64,000 nt of DNA from Felis catus (lineage: Eukaryota), in NCBI RefSeq assembly GCF_018350175.1, contig NC_058368.1, positions 104,038,001-104,102,000 on the forward strand, written 5' to 3'. Positions 51,071 through 63,741 of this stretch are shown here, piece by piece. Made by a program: the position numbers and the translations under genes. Each line of letters begins with the position of its first letter. Positions within the stretch are counted from its first letter, which is position 1. The notes under the pieces are model-generated. The model was not told the DNA's origin, ran no database searches, and saw only the letters and a list, made by a program, of their open reading frames with translations.

Positions 51071-54000
51071 ATTTAAAAAAGATCATTTAAAAACAAAACA
51101 AAAAGAACTTTATTAAGTTCCCAATTTCACAACTGTCTAAACTTAATGAGAATTCCTATAGAAAAATTTAAAAAGTTCTTAAAAATGAAGGAGAAGAACT
51201 TTCTTATGGCTCACAAACTTGCTCAACTTGAGTCACAGCTCATAGACTGCTCCCGCCCCACCATCTGCATGTCACCCACAATCAACACTCCCTTGAAAAA
51301 GACACCATTTACCTGTTCCTTTATGGTTAAGAGGGTAAGTGAAATGAGATTTGACAACCAGTGTGTATAGGAAAGAACTAGTTTAAGAAATAAACATGTC
51401 ACTGTGAAGGAAGTGTTTAATTCACAGGTCCCAGTTAACGAACCTAAGAGAGTAGAATAAAATGTTTTTCTTTCCCTATACATACATAAAGAAGCCAAAA
51501 CTTCGACAAAGCATCCATTAATTTGCTTACTCAGAAAACATGTACTGATTCCACACTAGGTGCCATGCACCTCGTTAGATGCAGGAGAGACAACTAAACA
51601 AAATCTTGAATCAACTAGACAAGGTCTTGACCTCAGAGAGCTTTCATTTACTGAGGGAAACAGCTGAAAATAAGGGCACATCCTAACTGCTGGGGGCAAA
51701 AGGAGAGAGAAGTCAATTTGACTTTGGGGGTGAAGATGCTCGTAAAAAGCTTTCTGTAACCTTCCTTGTTAGGGGACCCACACAGAAAAAAGAAATAACA
51801 ATGAACCAGAAGTAGACCTTGTAAGCCCAAGAAGCATCCTAAAGCAAACTTCCTGTAGTGATTATTTGAGTATGAGTCACAGTGCGGCTGGCACTATGAA
51901 CCTTGATGGTACACAAGTCAGCCAGAGAGTCTTTGCTGGAGGAAATAGTTAAAAGCCCCCTTTCTTTCTGAAAGCTACTAAAAATTCAAGCTCTTCAAGT
52001 CATTTAGGCAACTCTAAGGGAGCAATCAGGCTTTTGCCCACTTCAGAAAAAGCATGTTACAGAGAAGCATCCTGTAGGGCGGATGAAATGACACAGGGAC
52101 TAGGTTATTTATAAAAGCCCAAGACTGTGATGAGTCCAGCCACTTAGCCTGAGAGGCATGCAGCCCATGAAATCTCTACAGTGAGGCACGCGCCCTCTGT
52201 GGTGTGGATGTTCTGGAAGGCCACGGTGGAGATAGTTCTGGTGAAGTCCAAACCACCTGCAGCCAACATGGCTGTACTTTCTGTGAGCAAGAATAAAACA
52301 AAATCCCTCAAGGAGGAAAGGAGGCAGTACGATCATGAGAAAGGCATCATTAAACGTGTAGAGGTCAAAAAATACAAATGGGCAAGAAGGCTGGGAGGCC
52401 CTCAGCTTACCTGAACTCACAGAAAATACCAGAATGATTTGTCATTTACTTGGCAGCTAAGGGGAATGGCAGAGGGAGGCCGAGGCGAGAAAACGTCCTA
52501 TCTTTGACTCTTTGCGTGGAGCAAACTGTGAGAATAAAAATTCACGGAGTCACCAGATGAAGAGTCTACAGCCCAGAAGCTGTAGAAAATGCCCTGAAAC
52601 TTTTCCTTTAAAGGTTCTTTTCCATCTCAAGAGGTTAAAATCATTTGATCACTCTGCTTTGGGTATCTGGAGTCACAATTTAAAGCACCGGGGAGGGCAC
52701 CTGGTGGCTCAGTAGTTAAGCATCTGACTTCTGCTCAGGTCAGGATCTCACAGTTTGTGAGCTGGAGCCCTGCCTGGGGCGAGTTCAAGCCCCACTTCAG
52801 GTGAACATGAGCCCCCCACCCCCACGGAGTAAAACACGAGCCCCAGGTGAGCCCCACTTCTCTTTCTCTCTGCCCCTTGTGGGATTCTCTCTCTCTCTGC
52901 CCCTTGCTCACTGTGACTCTCTCAATCACTCCATCAATCGGTAAAACAAAACAAACCACTGGGGAAATACTGCAATGATTACGCCTAATTTTGTAAGTTG
53001 GAACAGATTACTTCAGGGCAAGGAAAAAAAAATCTTCACTGAATCTTGATTATTTTTAAAATGGTTTGTTAAGACTTCAAAATTAAAGCTGTTAATACTG
53101 AGGGATGTGGTCTAACACAAACACCTGATTCTCCAAGTTGCAGTGTGAAATACAACAAGATGCATCCCTGGGACGCTGTCCCCCTCCTTCTAGCCCTAGG
53201 AAAGATAAGGCAATGTGGCACTTAGGCTATGAAAAAGAACACAGGTCAAGCTTCGCTCGCACACACTGTTGGAGAGAGTGAGCAAAGCTCACCTTCCTAG
53301 CTCACGGCTGCATGTCCTCAGGTGGCAGCACACTCAGTCCCCTCGGGGGATTTTCACAGCTGAAAACCAAACAAGTGACGAGATCACCAGCTCAAACCAG
53401 GTCAAATGTGGACACACTTCGTTCTGTGGCTATTTGGCTCCCAGCAATCCAAGATCAGACAAGTTCAAGCCATGTTTCTTGGGCCCCTGTCAAAAGTCCC
53501 CTGCTAGGACTTCCTCAAAGGGACTGGGCACCATCAGAGGCCGCTCTGGAGATGCTACGATTCCATGGCCCAGCCTAAGGTGTTTCTCTTCATCCACCTG
53601 AGACACACTCATCTTCTTCTCCATCTCTCCAGACAGGTGGCTACTCTGAAACCCAGGACCTGTCAAATAGGGGCCTACTCCCCTGGACCGTATCTGCGAA
53701 AGGAATGACCTTTTAATCAGGGTGACCCCTATGGGTCAACAACTGTGACCTCGTCTTAACAAAATCCCTGCCCCTGGAATGGCCCAGGCTTACACCACTT
53801 CCACACAGAATGCAGGGAGCTCTATCCCTCCTATCGGTACCATCGGTCTGTTAGACTTTGCACAGAAAATTTTCTTATGTGAAATTGCATTTGTATCTTA
53901 CGGGAGTGTTGGGAAGAGAAGCATGGAAGGAGGATCAGGCCCAATTTACGGAGTAAGATAGTGAGTCTTAGAAGAGATATGGCTTTCCCAGCGTCACATG

Positions 54001-56179
54001 GCCCAGAGCTGGCAATCGAATCCAACCCTTGTGACAATCCCCAGGGTGAAGGATTAAGAATCCACTGAGCCAGAGAATAGAAAACGGAGCAGAGAGGCCT
54101 CACTGGTGGAAGCTTACGTCCTGGTTCCTGGGTTCTCATTTACCCCTTTTGTACCAGCACCACCTTCCCCCAGGATTTGCTCCTTCCTTTTAGCCCGTTG
54201 TTTCCACAGGGCTTCCCACCTACCTCTGCCAACCCTGCCTCCCTCATCCCATCTGCCCAAATTTCTCTGTTCCACCTCCTCCCACTCTTCCCTAACCAAC
54301 TTCGAAAGTTCCCTAATTAGCTGCTTTGGGAGCTCACTACCTCTCTTTTTTGCTAAGGGATGAAGGCAGAATCCAAATACATTCTTAACTGGCAGATTAC
54401 CCACATAAAGAAGCAACACGACATGGGACGGAGAATATCCCAGACAATTCCAGAGGAGAATATTTGTTAATAAATACAGCTTTGGAAGCTGTTAATTTTC
54501 CAATAACTCTTCTATCATCTCTCAACATAATGCAACACCCAAGTTTTGACTGGGTACGCAGCTCCCAAGAAGGAAGCTTTGGGGGTGCCTGGCTGGCTCA
54601 GTCGACAGAGCATGCAACTTTTGATTTTGCAGTCATGAGTTCCAGTCCAACGTTGGGGGTAGAGATTGCTTTAAAAAAAGAAAAAAGTGGGGCACCCGGG
54701 TGGCTCAGTGGGTTAAGCGTCTGACTCTTGGCTTCAGCTCAGGTCGTGATCTCATGGTTCGTGAGTTCAAGCCCTGCACTGGGCTCTGCGCTGGCTGTGC
54801 AGAATTTGCTTGGGATTCTCTCGCTCTCAAAATAAACAAACATTAAAGAAAAAAGAATTAAGGTTTGTTTCTCAAACTCTCATGGGTTGTGTATGCTGTG
54901 TGATTAAGTTCTGCCTCTGTAACGTGAGTGGAGGTAACATGTGTCGCTTCTGGGTCACACCCTCCAGTGGAAGAGTGCCTTCCCCTGACTACCTATGAGC
55001 TGAAATGTGTGATGGCACTGAGCCATCTCTCACTATGTGGAACAACACAGAAGCCTAAGGCCTGGACACCATGGGTCACTGATCCATCCTGGACTATTTA
55101 CACCTGAACTGTTAAAGGAGAGAAACAATTTTGTTTTGCCTTTATTCTTTGTAGTATCTGTTCAAATAGCTAACGTAATATCCTAAGTAATGCCAGCTCC
55201 CTGACTTCAGTCTAGAAACTGCTTCACTCTTGGCAGAAAAACTGTCCTTAGCCAAGAAGGGCTCTTTGAGATATGCCTAATTCATGAGACCCAAAAGAAT
55301 AAAGCCACTGAGCCCCTGGGCTGGAAAGAAATGTGTGAAGCTGGATAAGGTCTGAGCTGTGCCCAAGCATGGCTAATTAAAGTCCACCACCTCCACTGTA
55401 AGAAATGTTAATTCGATTTTTATAAAAGCTAAATCCCAAACAGAAAAGGCACCTAGGCCGGTCATGGGCCATCAGGCACCAGTTTTGTTTTTTTTTTTTT
55501 AACTTTTATTTCAATGTTTGTTTTGAGAGAGAGAGAGCAGGTGAACACAGGCGGGGGAGGGGCAGAAACAGGAGAGAGAAAATCCCAAGCAGGCTCTGCA
55601 CGGTCAGCACAGAACACAACGGGCAGCTCGATCCCACAAACCAGGAGATCATGACCTGAGCTGCAATCAAGAGTCAGACGGCTGACAGACTGAGCCGCCC
55701 AGGTGCGCCACACCTCCCGACCCTATTAGGCACCAGCTTCGTGACTGCAGATGTGGTCCGGCCCATTCACTTGACACACAAGAGCTAGGGCCAGAGAGGT
55801 CAGATGATTTCTCACACGGCCTTCAGCCCACTAGAAGCCGAGCTGTGCCTAAGACACAGGTGTTCCACATCCCAGATTAGTGTCTCCCTGTACACCCAGC
55901 TGAAGCCCCAGGCATCTGTGCTCCGTGACTGGCAGGCAGGCAGGCAGGCAACGTGAGGGGCACTCAAACACCATTGGGAATCTGACCTAAAACTGTGCAG
56001 CCCCTCTTTAGTGCCTCTCTTCCTCAACCGTGCAGTCCTCAAGCCATTACATGGGTAAGAAGGACGTCCCCATGCAGAAGAAAGTGTGGGTGGAGACCAG
56101 AGCTTGACGTGGGGGAGGAAGACGGCCATGTTGGAGGTGAGCCCAGCACCCTGAGAACCAGAGTGAGGTGAGCAGGGTG

Positions 56180-57345
56180 TTCTCGGGAGGATGGGAGATT
56201 GGTTAAACCGACGAGAACAAGCCACAAGGGTCCTGGGAAGCAGGTTTCTGACTAGGAGAGACAAGAGAAGCAAATCCTGGAAGGCAAAAACTAGAACAGG
56301 CACTGTGATGTTGAACTGGACGTGAAGTTCTGATGTGGCCTCATGGGAGTCCATAAATGCAGAAAGGTTATATAAGTACAGATGTATTTGTGTGTGCATG
56401 TTATTTCCCAGCTCTGTCCACTCTGAACTCCCAGGAGCACTGACATCTTCACGTTGACGCGCCTTGGCTTCTAACCAAGATTCTTGACTAAGAGGCATCA
56501 GAGCTCTTCAGAGAAAATGGCTGATTCCAGGGCCGGTACAGGTAGGTCCAAGAAGGACCTGAGACGTCTTTCCCCAAAAAGGAAGGAAGGGCTCAAAGAG
56601 TGAGAACACATCAAAAGTAGCCAGTTTCACAGGAATCCTGCTGGCCAAATCAGGTATCAAAATTTATTGGGAGCATGTAACTTATTGGGAAAAATAGAGA
56701 AACCTAAGTACAAATAGAAATAAGTAAAGAAATGAAAAATTTGAGGGAAAACAGGCCACGTAGGTAGTTTCAAAGTTTCTCCCCACAAAAGATGTTCATT
56801 TACAAAGGAGGCAAGAAATGCTTTACATGGAGAAAGCTGGCTGACACCACCCTAAGAGGGAGATAGACATTAACATCCTCAGTAATAGACAAATTGCAAC
56901 CAGGCACCACCTGAGAAGATGCTGCGAGAGAAACACAGCATCACCCATGACTGTACTTAAGACACAAAATCTGAATCTACTCAAGAGGAAACACCGAGTT
57001 GAGGGGCATTCGAGCAAGTCAGTGGCCTGCAATCTCAGAAGTGCCAAGGTCATGAGAGTCAAGAAAAAAGTGAAGACAAAATGTCCTTTGGGATAAAGGA
57101 CATTACTGCTACAAGGGGCAAAAGTTGGATGGGAGCTGACAATAAGATGTAATGTATCCGTAACTCCCTGATTTTGATCACTTATTACAGTTATGTAGGA
57201 AAATGTCCTTGTTTGTGGGAAATATGCAAGTATTTGGGGGGATGGGAGATGAAGTCAACAACATACTCCCAAATACTTACTGGGAAACAAGTTCTTTACA
57301 CTGTATTTGCCATTTTTAAGTTTGTTATTATACCAAAATAAAAAA
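56180..57345 (+). mobile_element. Old L1 (L1MC/MD-type) 3' region
   Basis: agaaaatggctgattccagggc, tttacatggagaaagctggctgacaccac, atgtaggaaaatgtccttgttt motifs. Confidence 0.75.
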
Positions 57346-57679
57346 TATAGAACTGTATAGAAGAAAAAATGAATGGAGAGCAATTAAAAGAGAGGTAGGC
57401 AGGAAGAGTCCTGCAAAAACTTGCTAATTTTAGAGGCACCTGGGTGGCTTAGTCAGTTGAGCATCTGATTCTTGGTTCTGGCTCAGGTCATGATCTCAAG
57501 GTTCTTGAGTTTGAGCCCACATCACAGCTGTCAGCAGAGCCTGCTTGGGATTCTCTCTCTCCCTCTCTCTGGCCCTCCCCTGCTCACTCACTCTCTGTCT
57601 CTCAAAATAAATAAATAAACTTTAAAAAATTATTTAAAAAAACACTCCCTAATTTTAGGTGATTTGTCACCAGAGTACT

Positions 57680-57900
57680 AACTAGGGAGCCAGACTGCTT
57701 TGGTTCACATTTCAGCCCCAATGATTATCAGCCGGTTCACTTGGGGAAAATTTACTTAACTTCTCTGTACCTCAGTTTCCTCATTAATAAACTGAGGATT
57801 ATCATAGTACCTACTTCACACCTTGTTAGGAGAATTAAGTGGGTTTACATTTGTTAAGTGCTTTGGAAAGTGCCTGGAACATAGGAAGTACCATAAAAGT
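57680..57900 (+). mobile_element. MIR
   Basis: ttacttaacttctctgtacctcagtttcctcat..agtacctacttcac..gtgcctggaacatag. Confidence 0.85.
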
Positions 57901-59529
57901 TTAAGTAAAACAAATACAATATCCCCCGGGGTTGCTCAAACTGGGGGAAACTCACACATACGCCAGGGAGGGGAGTGGATGGAAAATAAAACAACTTAAT
58001 AACATTTCTTAATTTAAAACAAAAGACACTAATCTGCAATTACAGTCAAATGCTGTTTTTTTTTCTCTGACATTCTGGGGCTTAGGTTTTACCCCAAGTG
58101 AGTAATCGACTGAAGCTCAGGTGATCTGTACAGTTAGCAGACCAGAGGTAGGAAAAGGGGGTTACCAAGGGTGCTGGAATGTAAAACAGCCCATAAAAGT
58201 GGAGCATGGTGCTTACCACATCTGTGTGCTGAGCAGAACACCTTTTCCATGGTGACCTAGACACCACAGGCAACACAACTCACGTCCCTGCCAAAATGAG
58301 GCACTTGTTCTGACCAACACTGCCACCTACAGCTCAACACCATAAAGACAACTCAATAGTATCCCAAACTTCAGAATTGCTGGGCTTTTGAAAAAGACCT
58401 TCAACAGCCCAGAGCAAATGTAGAACAGTTAAAGGATCTGAGTTTCCATTTCCAAACGTAATCTACCTCCTTAGAAAGCAACAGCCTAGGACACCTGGGT
58501 GGCTTAGTCAGAAAGCATCCAGCTTCGGCTCCGGTCATGTCATGATCTCAAGGTTCGTCAGTTCAAGCCTGACGTCAGGGCTCTGTGCTGACAGCTCAGA
58601 GCGTGGAGCCTGCTTCAGATTCTGTGTCTCCCTCTCTCTCTGTCCCTCCCCCACTTGTGCTCTGTCTCTGTCAAAAATAAACAAACATTTAAAAAAATTA
58701 AAAAAAAAAAAAAAGACAACGGGCAGGTAAAATACTTCACAAATGATCCAGCTAGGCCCACTGCCTGCTGTTTCAAGATTTTAATTTTCATTGGGGTGCC
58801 TGCATCCGACTCTCACTTTCAGCTCAGGTCATGATCTCACAGCTTGTGGGTTCGAGCCCCACAATGGGCTCCATGCCGGTTGTATATACACAACCACATA
58901 TATACACCCATCAACAAATCAGTTTATACTACCTACAAACAGATCTTGGTAACCACAAAAATGCACTGTATTACACAAGGCATCGGTGGGGAAAGGGAAA
59001 TTCATTTCATCAAATTTGGAGTTGGGAAAATCAATTCAGATCAAATCATAACATATACCCAAAGGTCAAATGGACTAAAGATCAACAGGTCAATACCACA
59101 AAACACTTATGGGCCTTTCCAATACAAAAATAAAATGAAACAATCTGTATTTTAAATCCAGAACCCTACACCAAATCTTCCATTCCAACTAAGAACAAAG
59201 CCCTTTCCTTTAGAAGACTTTGCAAAAACTACCTCCAAATCACCATACTCGGGAAGTTTCTGCAGGATGTGCCCCACCCAAACTACTGTATCAATGCCAT
59301 CAGAAGGAATGCATAGGAGCCAGGAAACAAGAGTCTCTATATCAAAGAGCAGCAAAGGGATACCCACAGATGTCACTTGCAAGCTAGCCCAGGGCGGCCA
59401 GTCTAATTGAAGCAGAGGACAGAGCACTGGGAGAGCTGATTCCAGGAAAAATAAAAAACAGCTACCTGAGTAACTGGCAAATATTAATAGGCATGTGACA
59501 CAACTCAGGCATTTGGAAATCATTAGTAA

Positions 59530-59790
59530 TAGTCCATTTTTATGAAATATCCAGAATAGACAAATCCGTAGAGATGGAAAGCAGACAGGTGGTCGCCAGG
59601 GACTGGGGCAGAGGGGAGAAAGGGGAATGACTGCTCAACGGATATGGGGTTTCCTCAGGGGTGATAAAAATGTTCTGGAACCAGACAGTGGTGATGGTTG
59701 CACCGATGAGTGAATGTACAAAATGCCACTGAGCCGCACACATTAAAATGGTTAAAATGAAGTTTATGTTAGATTTTACTACACTAAGAC
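59530..59790 (+). mobile_element. L1MB-type 3' end
   Basis: tgaaatatccagaatagacaaatcc...ggggtgataaaaatgttctggaa...aaaatggttaaaatg. Confidence 0.8.
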
Positions 59791-60388
59791 AGAAAAAAAC
59801 ATAGAGCCAATTAAGCAATAAGGACAATTATTAACTCCAGGAAAAACAAAAGATAACTATGCATGACTTTATGGCAGGATTTATTGCCTTTTGCAGTCAT
59901 AATTACATCATGACTACAGACTTAACCAAATGCTGTGCTATCAACAGAAAAGAGGAATGGGGGGAATGAGAAGAGCTGATAAGAAGTTAATCCTAGGGGG
60001 CCTGGATGGCTCAGTTAGTAGAGCAGGCAACTCCTGACCTTGGGATTGTGGGTTCGAGCCTCATGTTGGGTGTAGAGATGACTTAATAAAATTGTAAAAA
60101 ATAAAAAAGTTACTCCTCACCTATTACACTGAGAACTCTGCAGACAACATCTCAACTGATTTACTGAAAAACAGCAGGAGGATCTTATTACTTAGGAAAG
60201 GAGGTGGTCAGCAACCCTAGAAAATGTACAGGAGGTCATTCTGGTAAATTGGGGGGCAGTTCAGGAAGTAAGAGGGACAGCCTGTGTTTTAAGCATTCTA
60301 GGTTCATTAAATTTTTAACTGGGTACAACTATTTAAAAAAAAAAAAGCTTTTAAAAAAAGAAAAAGCAGAGGAAAAATTTATAACCTT

Positions 60389-60477
60389 TCTCCCATCCAG
60401 TACTAACCAGGCCCAACCCTGCTTAGCTTCTGAGATCAGACGAAATCGAGTGCATTCAGGGTGGTATGGCTGTAGAC
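60389..60477 (-). pseudogene. 5S rRNA pseudogene, 5' ~90 nt only, no poly(A) tail
   Basis: Reverse complement GTCTACAGCCATACCACCCTGAATGCACTCGATTTCGTCTGATCTCAGAAGCTAAGCAGGGTTGGGCCTGGTTAGTACTGGATGGGAGA matches the 5' part of vertebrate 5S; 8 bp TSD tataacct (60380-60387 / 60478-60485). Confidence 0.95.
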
Positions 60478-61869
60478 TATAACCTAACTTTCTACACTTA
60501 AATTGTTAAAACTATAGGAGATCAACAGATGTGGGGCACCTGGCTGGCTCAGGTGGCACAGCATGTGACTCTTGATCTCCGAGTTGTTAAGTTCAAGCCC
60601 CATGTTGTTTGTACAGAGTACTGAAAAATAAAATCTTTAAAAAAGAAACCAAGCGGGCACCTGGATGACTCAGTTAACTGTCTGACTCTTGATTCTGGCT
60701 CAGGTCATGATCTCACCATTTTGAGTTCGAGCACCACACTGGGCTCCGCACTGAGCGTGGAGCCTACTTGGGATTTTCACTCTCTCTCTCCCCACCTCTC
60801 AAAGTAAATAAATAAATAAAGATTTTTTTTTTTTTTAATCAGTAATTTGATTGCATGAAAAGTCCAAAACTTCAGTGCATCAGAATGTGTGAACATTTTC
60901 TGGAACTGAAAACTAAATGTCCTGGTACTTAATCTCATCATACATCCTCGTAAAAACCCGTTAAGGTCAACAAACAGCAGGGAAAAAAAACAAACATGAG
61001 CAGTTACGTTCAAGAGGGGATAAACAGGAAAAGGGGAGAAAGCACAGTCATCACTGCAAATGTCTACACCTAGCAGGCAGATAAAAGAGCGTTACAGTGA
61101 AGGCAACAGGAGACAAATCTGTGAGTGTTAGGGAAGGGCAGAAGGGCAAGGAGGCACACTCCTCAGTCCCTTCAGCATTCCCAGGGACAACAAATGCCAC
61201 CAAGAATGATCTGTGGTTACACAATAGGGAAGAGAGGAGTGAAAAAATTGCACCACATTGCCTTTGAGAAAACTGCCCCATCACCACCGCGTGTGGTCTT
61301 CATCACGAGTGTGCCCCTCCCCAAAGGGAAGCCAGAACAATCGAGCATCCCGACGCCTGCTGGTGGAAGCACAAGAGTCAGGATCGTAGGATCAGCCGTC
61401 GGGATGCTCTCTCCCCGGCCTGGAGAAGTACAGCAACACGCCAAGAAACAGGGTTCACGGCAGAGTGGGAGCTGGCACGCTAACCCCACCTCCTGTGTCC
61501 ACACAGGACACACAGGGGATGGGGAACCGGCAGTGCCACTACAGTAGCAGATGCAAGCAGTCACGAGGGACTCCGTGGAAACGGCGATCACGAAACACTG
61601 CAGGATCGCTAGCACCTGAAAAAATATGACCGTAACAACACACACGGATGGACACCTCCACTTGCTTGCGCCTGGGTGGCTCACTCGGTTAAACATTCAA
61701 CTCTGGATTTCAGCTCAGGGCATGATCTCACAGTCTGTGGGGTCAAGCCCCACATCGGGCTCTGGGCTCCTAGTGCGGAGCCTGCTTGGGATTCTCTCCC
61801 CCTCTCTCTCTCCCTCTCTGCCCCTCCTCCTGCTTGCTCTCTCAAATAAACATTAAAAAAAAAAAAAAA

Positions 61870-63686
61870 CCCACTAATAAGCAACTTTTATTTCTTAGGT
61901 CAGTAAAAAAGAACAAAGGGGGCCAATTTAAGTGCAAAATGTTTTAATAAGCATTGTGACAAAAACATTTCCTTGTAACTGCTAGAAACATTATGTAGAA
62001 AAATTATGGATTGGTTTCAAAAAAAGCTTTCAAAATTCATTTTACTTGGCTTCTACACCCAAGACGAGGGCTGCCAGTCACCCCAGCATGCTAGGAAATC
62101 GGCCACCATGTCATGGCTTTAACAGATACACAGGAGGGTGGAGAGCCTCCTTAAATACCTAACAGAAATTATAAACGTAAAAAACGTTAAGTGAAAATAC
62201 TGATACAGCTTGTAATTTAGAACATTTGTTTAAAAATAATATGCTGGAAAAACCCAAGATATAAGAAAATATTTCAATCAAAAAATCACCTTGCAGAATT
62301 TTACAAAATAATAATGGCCTGTCAGTATATGATTCCTAAAAGTTTATCTCCCTACCTGCATGAGCCTGTTACTATTTCTTTTGTAATTTTAGGCACTATT
62401 GATTTTCCACTGAAGAACATGAACCGTCCACCTCTTTAATGTACCCCCGACTTCTTCTGGCCAACAAGCTCTCAAGAGGTACACATCATCAGCATTTTGC
62501 TTAATTAATACTCAAGGTTGACAACAGCATGCATTGGTGAACACCAGTCACAGCTACGCCATCGGACATATTACGAATACCTTTCCCACCCTGATAAATT
62601 TATAACTGCCTGGTTTTCTCATTTGCTTATTACTTCTCTGGGTCATAACCCATTCTTTGCCAGTTGTCCAAATCTGTCCATACATCCTGATGCATCAAAT
62701 TATCTACAAATGTTATCTTCTTGGAAGGCTTCCGCCCAGGTCCAAACTGGCAAGAGAGTACAGACTGCCAAGACGACAGGAGACCTTCAAGAGCCAACAC
62801 GGACTCAACAGGAAACCTTGGGATGACCCGCTCCAAAGACTCAGCTTCCTGAGAGGAGGAGGCAGATTCTCAGCCACGAACGAGTGAACGTTCCTCAGGT
62901 CACTACTACCACATGCTGCCACACACACTGTAGTCATTCTCCCAGAACAAATCCAAGGGCAAATGCATAAACATAATAGCTAAAGTCAATGGTCTAATGT
63001 TGCGTAAGAAACCCAGCACACTTTCAGTAGACATAGGCACAGCCCTTGGTGGGTACAGGTTCTACGGCAGGAGCAAAACCTAGGTCCACCCATGCACAGC
63101 TCTTTTGTGGGGACACAAGTGGACATGAGCAAGGCAAGCGGTAATGGCGATGAATAACCCTTAGTCGTTTCACACAAAGCAAGGCATTCCCCATGGATAT
63201 TGCGCTGTGCTCCTCGACGTGCACGAACATCAACACACTCCCTTCAAACACCACTCTTCCCCACACATGCTCGAGGGTAAGGTGAATCAATACTTACTAC
63301 AGAAACCTTTACTCACACTCGGCCTACCAAGAAGACTTCCTTTTTCTTCTCCATTCTGTGTTTTTCCAAATTCCTACTATAGCATCTACTAGTTTCTTCT
63401 AAATTATAATATAAAAATTTTTTTAAAGCATTAACTACTAGCAACATAAAAATTCACCCAATCTATCTGTTACTAAATATGGCTCATATTGTGACATCTG
63501 TATTTTTATTTGTTTAAAGATAAGTCTCTTGACTTAGTTGGGGCCTCAGGGCTAAGAGATTAGCCAAGCATATTCAAAATAATGCATTTATTTATTCAGG
63601 GCAAATCTTAATTTTTCTTTGTCTTCAGAAGAAAGAGTTGCGAGAATGCCTGTGAGCTGTGATGTAACGCCAATTTACTGTCACCT
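61870..63686 (-). other. ALDH7A1: ALDH7A1 3' UTR (proximal end near 63.49 kb, possible distal end near 61.87 kb)
   Basis: Minus-strand AATAAA (tttatt on +) at 63587-63596, 63505-63510 and 61887-61892. Confidence 0.5.
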
Positions 63687-63741
63687 TTACTGAAACTTGA
63701 TTCCTTGAGCTAGAGGAAGGTCCTTACTGTAGTTGATGGTG
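63687..63741 (-). CDS. ALDH7A1: ALDH7A1 (antiquitin, alpha-aminoadipic semialdehyde dehydrogenase) last coding exon ((C)TINYSKDLPLAQGIKFQ*); rest of gene lies beyond the window
   Basis: Minus strand reads tttttttcccctctag|C ACC ATC AAC TAC AGT AAG GAC CTT CCT CTA GCT CAA GGA ATC AAG TTT CAG TAA, the characteristic ALDH7A1 C-terminus; recalled synteny with GRAMD2B. Confidence 0.95.

Larger units (their letters stand above)
52695..61870. mobile_element. Scattered CanSINEs (+ 52695-52955, + 54580-54685, + 54689-54855, - 55485-55713, + 57433-57645, + 58488-58715, + 59995-60110, + 60532-60645, + 60654-60820, + 61668-61870)
   Basis: SINE heads and tails; several are short variants lacking the CT region. 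Confidence 0.88.

Noticed and set aside
52181..52414. 77 aa Lys/Arg-rich ORF
   Set aside because: No recognisable homology, splice context, poly(A) or TSD
55812..56498. Longest track ORF (228 aa, - strand)
   Set aside because: Largely antisense to an old L1 3' region; no ATG start and no recognisable domain
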